64,000 bases of DNA, taken from Octopus vulgaris (lineage: Eukaryota). A model generated the notes under the pieces. That model was not told the origin of the DNA. It made no database searches and worked only from the letters and a program-made list of their open reading frames with translations. Made by a program: the position numbers and the translations under genes. This document shows positions 54,019 through 64,000 of this stretch, piece by piece (positions within the stretch are counted from its first letter, which is position 1; every line of letters begins with the position of its first letter). The stretch lies in contig OX597814.1 in the NCBI GenBank assembly GCA_951406725.2, positions 92,008,001 through 92,072,000 on the forward strand. The letters run 5' to 3'.

Positions 54019-55164
54019 TTACGAACCGCTATGTTTATTGCCTACGGTTGCTTTATTCAGATACTTTAGTTTATGTTTTTATATATTCTGTGCAAGTTCA
54101 TATATATGCTATTTTTGACTGCTTGGCTACCTCAGTCATTTCTATTTATGTGGCATATGACTCCATAGAGGCCACTACAGCTATGGATAATATCATCAAC
54201 TTTAACGCTGATAATGGCAAAATCAATCTTGATAACACCTACGAAATTTTAAATATAAATGATGATTATGTAGCTATTAATAATCTAGGTAATGCTATTA
54301 ACTATCGCTATTGCAACGGTAGTGCTATTACATATCTCTAGATAATATGAGGAATACAATAGGGTTTAACAATATTTATCGCTCTCTACACATAACACTG
54401 AGAAGACTGATGTCCATACATCTCCTAAATTATGTAATTTCAGATACAAACTTCTATGCCCTATCAATAATTTCTGCTTTGCTAAAAATAATACCTATAG
54501 ACGTGATGCAACGATTAATCTAACCAAATTTATCTACAACATTTCAAATTCTACCTAATTCTTATACTTTTCATATATGTAGTAAGGCTAAGATTACATC
54601 ACTTGCAGATAAAACTCGCAAATGAAAGGCAAAAAAAAATCATATTCCAAGTTACCTGAAGAATAATAAACTATGCATTACCCTATTCAAATGATAGGTA
54701 TGGGTATAAACATTACTGCGATGAGATATGGGAAATACTTAAATATTCAGGTAATATCCATCCCTAACATATGTAGTGAACCCAGGAGCACATTTTTATA
54801 CATTAAGCCTATTGTCTAAAATGCTTCAAATACAACTTATCGTTAAATTCTTAGCTTCTCTTTAACCGCACTTTGTAACGTAGCTCAGTATGCTCATTTC
54901 ATTTAAATATCATTTAAAGCGATATATCACATTGTGCTATTGGCCTCCTGGATATGTATACTCATATTTCTTTGTAACTTCTATATTCAATAACTAGTCA
55001 AGTTCGTTCGTTTAGTCTACGCTCACCTTGTGTGCATCTTTTATTTCATATAACATATTTTGTGTAAGTGTATATATATGACTGTGTATATATGTGTATA
55101 TATGTAGATATGTATATGTGTATGTATGTATATATATATATGTATGTATATATATATATATGTG

Positions 55165-55214
<50 letters not shown>

Positions 55215-55217
<3 letters not shown>

Positions 55218-55977
55218 TATAAAATCGGACTGTGTTGAGTTCCATTACTTAATAAATAAAAAAAAATGTATAAACAAGTGACGTGAAGTATACTGAATAT
55301 AAAAACGAACGGAAGACAAACAGAAGGTCCATAATTCTTCATCAGTTATCGACCAACTGGTAATATTCAATCAAGTAATGGAACACAACACAGCGAATTT
55401 GCATTAACAAGTAATTTTTTTATATACCCGTGTGTCTCTCTCTTTCCCTTCTGCTTTCATTATTTCTCCTATTATTTCTCTCCCTCTCTCACTTCTATTC
55501 TGGTTTTCCTACTTACTCCTTTTCTCTCTTTCCCTCTTGTATTCTTGGCCTTTCTCTTTCCCCTTCATCTCCTCTCCTTGCTCCCTCTCCTTGCTGCCTT
55601 TCTCCTCTGCCTGTTGTTGTCATGTGACCAGCGGCCAGTTCCCCCTTTCCTTCCTTTCTTACACTGATCGTGTAGCTGATCAGTCTCTACTTTCTCCGTA
55701 CTTCAATACATTCTCTAAGCGCTACCTACGATTCTTGTCTCCTTGGCTCCGACTCCGTATTTTATTCGACTGTTCGTGCTCGTTCACCCTTCTAAGTCAC
55801 ACCCTGTAGTTTTTGTCTTGTTTTGTTTTGCTTTGTTTGCTCTTGTCCCTATTTCTCCGCAAGAAACTTTACGCCAATTAGGAAGCACTCAACCTTATCG
55901 TTAAAGGTGCGAAACTGACAATTGGTCGATAACTGATGAAGAATTACGGACCTAGTGTTTGTCTCCCATTTGTTTAC

Positions 55978-55980
<3 letters not shown>
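55215..55980. mobile_element. Probable PLE 3' fragment with an inverted pseudo-LTR copy
   Basis: ttggtcgataactgatgaagaatta(t/c)ggacct..tgtttgtct occurs on - at about 55300-55360 and on + at 55920-55978. CT-rich interior. TA repeats outside. Confidence 0.6.
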
Positions 55981-56053
<73 letters not shown>

Positions 56054-56257
56054 GGGGGGGTGCATGCGCGCGAGTATATATGAGCGCGTCTAAAAGTATT
56101 TGTGTACCTAAGCACATTGTTTTGAAGTTGCACAGATGGGACAAAAGGCGAGTGTTATGGCTTTTTCTGCCCTGGGTTTTACCTTCTTTTATCTCGTTCA
56201 TCTTCTTTGATTTGATGATTAATAATGTCAACTCAAGGTAACAGCACGTCTGTGATT

Positions 56258-56299
<42 letters not shown>

Positions 56300-56599
56300 C
56301 GTGTGTGTATGTATGTGTGTGTGCGTGTGTATGTTTGTGTGTGCGTGTGTGTGTGTGTTCTCAATGCTAATAAATACTATACCCTAATTTAGATAAGTGA
56401 TTCTAAATAACGTACCCGTTTGGACTTTTTACGACTCGCATGCCCGTTCAAGTCACTCCTTATTTTCCAATATATTTGCATATTATTTTTAAAGAAGCAC
56501 TAATTAAACACATTGAGTTTGTTCGAATTCACGACTACAAGTATGAGCACCGTAGTGTCATCTAGACTAGAGGCTTACTCTCCTGTATACTAACCACTC

Positions 56600-57560
56600 G
56601 GCTCTTTCCTTATTGAAATTCGGTGAATGCAATGTTGCTTTAGACATTATCAAAGCTTTTGATTGTGACACACTAATCTCTTTCGAAATGTCTTGTCAAT
56701 TGGGATCTGTCTATTTCTTAATGCTTAGAACAGTAGCTTCCTATGAAACTGCATTATTGTGGTGCATGTGCCTGAAGAATTTCTCTCAACACGCTATATC
56801 AAATCTGAGTAGCGTTAAATCTGAATTATATAGCACTATCGATTTTCTGATGGTTTTCCCCAACCACACATCATGTTCACAAAACCTAGATACCACCTAA
56901 ATGCGCACTGACTCCATGGCTGGATATATCGAAAGCATTTTCCAGTAACAAAAACAAAATTCAAGCATTATTTACATTAAGCAAACTCCCTTGTACCAGC
57001 TCAATGTTAGGACAAGCTACCGCCGATAACTATTGGTGAAATTACAAAACCTAGCATAGCTAAGAACACATCGCAAAAACTGGCTCTTCTCTTCCTTCCA
57101 GACTAAAAAGTACTTCAACCGCCACCAGTTGCAAACATTCTACAAAGCATAACTGAAACACACACATAATGGATTATTGCTTCAACTGGGACAGTTCTGC
57201 TATTTCACGCATAATTATTCTAGATCACATCCATAGAAAGACGGCTCGAATGATTGACATAAAAATCATTTACTGATATCCTATAACCGTTAGCCCATAG
57301 CTACATCGTCTCCTGTCTTTATCATTTCAACCGTTGCTAGAATAGCCTCAGAATCCCAAAAATTGCACGTTTCGTGCCAACTACATCCAAGCACTCACCA
57401 CTCATTGTACTCTCCCAGTCTCATTATACAAGCTATGATCAAATACACAAACACCCGTACTAATCCCTATTGCGGTCCTTTCTCCTTAGTATCTCGACCA
57501 TATCTAACTATTTATTTTAACGTCATTTGTATAGGTATTAATCGAAGTAATTACAGCTGA
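56600..57560 (+). mobile_element. Decayed CR1-group LINE RT/3' fragment
   Basis: VALDIIKAFD, YKA, MDYC..W, LDHIHRK..RMI and PLAH traces. Confidence 0.6.
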
Positions 57561-58916
57561 AGTATTAACGGTTTCAGTATCACCGATATGGATACTCTGC
57601 GAAGGAATGAGCACTTGCCCTCTCAACAAATATTATTACAACTAACCTCGGAAAAGCGAATTCCATTGCAGTAGAAATAGCAGAGATAAAAGCAAAAAAA
57701 TGCGTCTGTAGAAGAACGTTTGTGAGCAAATTCATACCAAGTAAGTGAAAGGACTGGTTGTTCTATATTAGAGAGCATTGCTTCATTCTATGTTTCTTGC
57801 TGGGGGCTCAGGAAAGACAGTCACTGAAATGCAGCATTTGCTATGAACAGTTTTCGAGTTCATCATCACAGACTCTCAGTGATAGTGAGCGGAAGTATTT
57901 GAAATCATCTCAGTTCTAATGGCATACTATTCAGTGGTGGGAATTAGTTGGAAAAATATTCTCGTGATATATGTGTATGGGTGTCGCATTTTTAATGCTG
58001 AAAGAAATCAGATTCTATGAAGATTTTAGGGTTTCTAATCACAGAAGAAATGCAGATTCGATTAGAAGAAATTAGATTCAATGCAGTTGAAGAATAAATA
58101 CTGGAGCTAAGGATGAGTGAAGTGTGGTATAAGTTGCCTGTGAATGAACATTGTTGAAAAGAGAAAAAATAGCGACAGGAATCCAAATCTCACACACAAA
58201 CACACACACACACACAAGCGCACGCTTTTGTATTCGCACGTACAAACAAACATAAAAACGCGTGTGTGAGTGCGTGTTTTTGTGTATGTGCTTAAAGGTT
58301 TGGTTACTCTAGAAGATAGATCTGATTCTAACTGTTTGAGACTAATACAAAGAATCATATTACAAAACATCGTAGTTGTATTTTCACGCTTTACATAGAC
58401 ATAGTAGTGAGACTGATGATGATTCTGGTGGATATTTAAACTGTGTGCAATATGTAAAAGTTATCAGATCTCAGGAGAATACTACTCACAGAACATGATG
58501 GTTTAGATATGGTTTGGTTTAATAGTGAAATGTTATTTATTCACTTACTTTCTTTTTCGCTTGCATTGTTGGGTGTCGTGGAGTGCAATTTATGTGTTGT
58601 GTCACCTTTGACAAAATGATAGTCTCTTTATGATTGTCATTCTTTTTCTGTATATCTTCTCCGACCCTATGATGCACTTCCTTCAGTAGGAACATTTATT
58701 TTCTGCGCAAATTTTGTTCTCTAAAATGTTACTGAAGTAGCAACTCAGTTAAACGTGATTTTATCAAATGATATAAGAAATGTTTTCGTGATGTTTCAAA
58801 TTTGCTTGTTTGCAAAAATGTATATGTTCGAAAAAACGAAATCTAAACCTGTTGGCATATAATACCAAGGAAACGACAGCTTGGATATCCCAGGTAATAT
58901 CAAAGTAGCCATATAG

Positions 58917-59130
58917 GTAATGAGCTGTCAGGATTGTTAATAGGACGGACAAAATGGGCAGCAGCATTTCATACGTTTTTACGTTCGGTGTTCAAATTTC
59001 GCCGAGGTCGAGTTTGCCTCGAATTTTTACGGGGTTAATTAAATAAGTACCAGTTGAACACTGGTGTCGATGTAATCGACTTACCTCAACCTCGAACTTG
59101 CTGGCCTTGAGCCCAAATTTGAAACCAGTG
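58917..59130 (+). mobile_element. Family B SINE, decayed
   Basis: gttcaaatttcgccgaggtcg..ataagtaccagttgaacactgg.gtcgatgtaatcgact. Confidence 0.8.
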
Positions 59131-59627
59131 TTACTTAAAGGAATCTTGCTATTGCAGTAACCACAACCAAAAATATAGTTCCTTTTTAGCATGTGAGTTT
59201 AGAATTATGAGAATAAATAATAGGAAAGTACCTGTGTACATCTACCCTACGATTCAAAGTTAGTTTTACAATAAATTCATAAGCGGCATCAGTGAGAGAT
59301 CTTTCTGTGGCAGGTGTGCAAATCACAAATAAACTATTAGATTGCAAGTAATGAAGAATGCCTTTAATGTTCAACATTCATGACTGATTTTAGCTTATAC
59401 TAATAAAAAATATTTAATTACAGATATGAAGTAATTTCTGCAGAGGAAAGAAATTTCGAAATTTGCCTAACAAGATAGATTGCCCAAGCAGATGGAATGT
59501 TAATAGGATATAAATTATTAACAGACTATATAGCTAAACTGGAATAAGGTGCCGGTTGTAAATGTATTTTCAGTATTTTATATTAACCGGTTTCCAGTGC
59601 AAAGGCTGTGTCCAGGCTCGAATAGCA

Positions 59628-59683
<56 letters not shown>

Positions 59684-59755
59684 ATGTATGTATTTATTTA
59701 TGTATGTATGCGTATATATATATATACATATATATATACAAATATACACACACAG

Positions 59756-59819
<64 letters not shown>

Positions 59820-59849
59820 TATATGTTTAGTAGCTACTTTTACTACAGT

Positions 59850-60960
59850 AGGACCACTGACTAATGAATCTGCCAATATAGAAAAGCCTCTATTATGCCC
59901 AAGTCAAAAATCCTTTAGCAAAAACTGCCCTCACCTTCACCCAAAATACTGTCCTAGATACAGAATTCATGGTCCTATTCCTAAATTTGGATGCACTAAA
60001 GGCAATGGATGACCTTTCTTCCATCCTAAACTGTGCCAAACGTCTGTGTTACTAAGGATGTGCCTGAACACAGAATGCAGCTACCGCCATCTGGACGGCA
60101 CAAAACTAACGAAAAATAAATATAATCAACAACAGAGGAGTGCTACAACAACAGCAAAAACAAAATACAACCACATTTCACCTCCTAAAACTAAACAACG
60201 AAGAGAGAACTATGGGAAAACCATAACGCCAAATAACATAAACATGAACTATGTATGATCTGACCAAGTGGTAAACCAAAAATGCAACTCTTTTCTACTA
60301 ACTTATCTAGAAAATATGAAGGTCGACCAAAGCAGTATATGCGAAACGAAAGGGACACCCGCCCACCATCAACTAGAACATCATACGCATGCAGCTCCAT
60401 AGAAAAACCGTACGCACTGCTACCTTTGAACAACACAACACAAGACTAAGCTATTAGAACAATACAAACATGAAACTACCCTTGCCTCGACATTCCTGCT
60501 AAATGTACGTGACATCAACCCATCACTCACTGCCCAAAAGTGGATGATTCCCTATAGAGAGTGTTGGCTTTCCGAAACGGAACATTGCATCCCTTTCATT
60601 ATCCTTATTAAAACTCACCTAAACAGCACTCGCATGTATGCCAAGGTGAAAATAAAAGATTTCACCCTCGTCCGTGCAGATCGCACAAACCAAAATAAAG
60701 AGGGAACAACCATCTTTCCCCATGACTCCTTTACAGTTGATGCCAAGAACATATTTTCCAATGGTTATTGTGAATCGATATCTCTATTCTACAAGGCCAA
60801 CCACGTAATCATTATTGGTCTTTACAGGCCTCCCCAACCACCTCCAACTTGCTTTGAAGTATGCGTCAACAAAATCAAGTCCTCGTTTCAAAAATACAAC
60901 TCTGGAAATATTTATATAAACTGGCCCACAAATACTCTGAAGTTAGGATATGCACTACAC
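59850..60960 (+). mobile_element. CR1/L2-group LINE 5' portion: Cys/His-rich ORF1 + APE endonuclease remnant
   Basis: [22 protein letters not shown]...CSYRH, then LLNVR, KTHL, FTLVRADR and IIGLYRPP. Confidence 0.8.
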
Positions 60961-62155
60961 CAGATAAAGCAATGGAGTGGGATTGGCTGGTTTGGTTTTG
61001 ATACGTCGGAAATTAAAGTTGCAGTGTATCATGTCGTGGTCCGAGAGAAGAATTTTTTCTTTGGTTAATATTAGATCCAAGATCACTTTATTCTCTCTGT
61101 GTCAGGGAGGACTCATTCATTAGATAAAGAGGAATCCTGCTGTAGACAGTTTCTGCTCACAATGTTTTTGTTTGGGTGCCGTGCAGTAAGTTTCATACCT
61201 CGCGGTTGCGATCCGAGAGTATTGGCATTTGTTTCAATAGTAGTAAGTGGATGGGATCAAGGAGATGCTAGTGTTTTTCGTTAAGACCAGACAATCTGAT
61301 AACTGAATCAGTTACTTTGCAATTGATGATATTCAAGAATAATTACTGTTATTTTATAAAGAAACAAGTTAAATTAGTATTTCTATTTAATTCACATGAT
61401 ACATTCACCTTCTCATGTCAATGTAAAGTTTGATTGATGAAAGATATTTCTGTTATGACATAAAAACTAATGCTATTGTGAGAAATATCAATAAAATAGT
61501 ATTACATGGTTGAAGTTCAGAATTTTAACGATTATCTAAATGAAAGACATATGAAAAATATCACTCTGATATTTTTTTTACATTTAAAGACTCGACTAAT
61601 TCACACATTTTATAGAGTTGTCTTAATTCGTTTCGTGTCAATAATTTAATTTTTAAATCAGTTCTTAAAAATCTTCAAATAATTCTATATGCTGTCAATG
61701 GTATTCGATAGACACGCTATTACAGTCTGTGTCACAAAATAACACAATAGGACTGCCTGACAGAGCATATTGAAGAGAAGGAAAGTATAGCTACATCTTT
61801 CTTATCCTACTGTTCTTTGTCTTAGTGACCAACTTTTACTGGCTCCGGGATATTAGTATCATTATAACGATCTAACACGGTTTAATAAACTATTATCATA
61901 TTATCACAAAGGAAAGAGAAGATATCACAAATACATTTATATGCGTCTGCGTGTGAGTAAATATGTGCGGTTATATACATATGTATGTGTCCTTATTTCA
62001 TGTCGCTATACTTCTCATGCATGTGCTTTTTGTTTATAAACACATGGATATAGTTTATACACAATATGAATGTATATGTACGGGCAGATATATGCTGTTG
62101 TTTTCAACATACCGCTTCGAATTCATTTGTCTTCATTATTCATGGTCCATCTTTA

Positions 62156-63140
62156 AGGCAGCAAGCTGGCAGCATCGTTAATACACCTTGCAAAGTAATT
62201 AGCGGCATTTCCTCCGTATTTTCGTTCTGAGTTCAAATTCTGCCGAGGCCGACCTTGCCTTTCATCATTTTGGGGTCGATAAAGTAAATACCAGTTGAGC
62301 ACTGGGGTCAATGTAATCGACTTACACCCCTCTCCCGGAATTTTCATGCCTTGTGTCAAAATTCAATACCAATATTCTATTTCAAGTTAAGGCGGTGAGC
62401 TTGTAGGATTGTTAGCTAGCCGAGGAAAATGCTTAACGGCGTTTTGTCTGTCATGATATCCTAATTCAAATTCTGCCGATGTCGACTTCGCCTTTCATTC
62501 TTCCGGAATCGATGAAATGCGTCTCAGTTGTGCACTGGTGTCGATGTAATCAACGAACCCCCTCCAACAAAATTTCAGACCTTCTTTATAATGAACCACT
62601 TCCCTGTCTTTACGTTCTGAGTTTAATTGCCACCGAGGCCGATTTTGTCTTTCATCCTCTCGGGGTCGTTAAACTACGCACTAGTTGAGAAATGAGGTCG
62701 ATGTAATCAACTTACCTGAAATTTCTGGCCTTTTGCCAAAAGAAGAAAGGATTATCTATGACCCACATCTCCTTAAAATTAGCTGAAATTTTGAGGGAAG
62801 GAAACAAGTAGATATAAATGACCCAAGCACTGAATAAATTATGAGTGAAATATTGATTTCGATGGCGTCGACTTACCTTACTCTTCAAAATAGCTCAATT
62901 TATGCCTGAATAAGAATTACATGTTTGAGCATCAGGGTAGCAGTTGACAGAATCTATGGAACATCGGGGAAATTTTTTGCGGTACTTCTTCCGACCTGTA
63001 CCGTTTGAGTTCAAATACTGTGTGCTCAGCTTTGTCATTCATGCTGCCGGAGTCAATAATAAAAAAGTACCATTCAAATAATGAGTTCGACGGTAACGAC
63101 CTATCCTCAAAACGGATGCCCTTGTTCTTAACTTAGAAAC
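62156..63140 (+). mobile_element. Cluster of family B SINE copies of different ages
   Basis: Nin core repeated at about 62255, 62490, 62645 and 63030. Confidence 0.8.
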
Positions 63141-63348
63141 GGTTAGTTATTGAAACGCAAGACCAGTGGATTCGTACAATCATTAGAGCTGCTGCACTAT
63201 GCATTGCAATATTTCTTGTGGCTTTTTGCCTTCTAATCCAAAATCCCGCTATGGTCAAGTATACATTTCATTCTTTCATAAAATGAAGGGCCAGTAATGC
63301 TATCATCTTTTATTTAACTTAGAAATCCTGTTGCTTCCATTATTTGTG

Positions 63349-63430
63349 TACCGTATATACTCAACAATAAGTCGCACTTTTTTCCTCTGAAATTTTCAGC
63401 TCAGGTTAAGGATGCGACTTATGAGCGCAA
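63349..63430 (+). mobile_element. pogo-type MITE end fragment
   Basis: TAccgtatatactc..ataagtcgca..tgcgacttat, similar to the termini of 36706-37209. Confidence 0.55.
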
Positions 63431-63720
63431 CCTATAAAAAAAATCTTCATATATTTTCTAGGTACAAGACAGAAACTGTGTGGATTTTATAAGATCTTTT
63501 TCTTCTCTTACATGTCTTGGCGTGTTGTTAATTAGAGTAGAGCCTGAGTGATACAGAAACTGAGGATGAAACACAAACAAAATGAGAGTAGCAAGCTTCA
63601 AAGATCAGATGACAGTATTTGATCTATGAATGAACTACTCCATAACGAGATGATAGGCAGAGTCAGTTGAAGGACTCAGATTATATTTAAGAATTCGATT
63701 AACAGAAACTGAAATCATAA

Positions 63721-63933
63721 GGCGGCGAGCTGGCAGAAATGCTTAGCGGTATTTCGTCTGCCGTTACATTCTGACTTCAACTTCCGCCGAGGTCGACTTT
63801 GCCTTTCATCCTTTCGGGGTCGATAAATTAAGTACCAGTTACGCGCTGAGGGTCGATGTAATCGACTTAATCCCTTTGTCTGTCCTTGTTTGTCCCCTCT
63901 GTGTTTTGCCCCCTGTGGGCGATAAAGAAATAA
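63721..63933 (+). mobile_element. Family B SINE, monomeric
   Basis: ggcggcgagctggcaga head, Nin core and tail ccctgtgggcgataaagaaat. Probable TSD agaaactgaaa on both sides. Confidence 0.9.
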
Positions 63934-64000
63934 GAAACTGAAAATATTTGTAAGAAAATTTTGATAAAATGTTTGTAAGAGAGAGGGAGAAAGAGAGAGA

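Noticed and set aside
58764-58967. Signal-peptide-like ORF MLLPILSVLL
   Set aside because: Its N-terminus is the antisense strand of a SINE head.
60010-60012. TGA at a Cys position in the LINE ORF1 as selenocysteine
   Set aside because: A single substitution in a decayed copy explains it, and I know of no Sec precedent in this clade.

Overview
Eukaryotic animal DNA: AT-rich and dense in microsatellites (TA, CA, GATA, TAA). The repeat complement is tRNA-derived CORE- and Nin-type SINEs, Dong/R4, CR1-group, RTE and Tx1 LINEs, Neptune and Naiad Penelope-like elements (PLEs), mariner, Chapaev3 and Helitron/Helentron derivatives. This most resembles an octopus (coleoid cephalopod) genome; that assignment is inference from recognised repeats. 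The window reads as intronic or intergenic. I found no supportable host protein-coding gene, rRNA, functional tRNA or CRISPR array. Every ORF with recognisable protein motifs is a transposon fragment, and most other ORFs are microsatellite artefacts. I cannot demonstrate a new biological system. The best leads are TE-architecture observations: (1) a both-ends-retained Tx1 derivative with ORF1 fused in frame to the ORF2 C-terminal region; (2) two apparent SINE-LINE 3'-tail partnerships; (3) several minimal hammerhead-ribozyme motifs in PLE termini, including a 270-bp palindrome; (4) a twin-priming-like inversion in an RTE LINE; (5) a 5'/5' foldback mariner with a derived MITE; (6) an in-frame TGA at a Cys position of a Naiad fragment, possibly selenocysteine. 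All alignments were made by eye, and boundaries of decayed elements are approximate.
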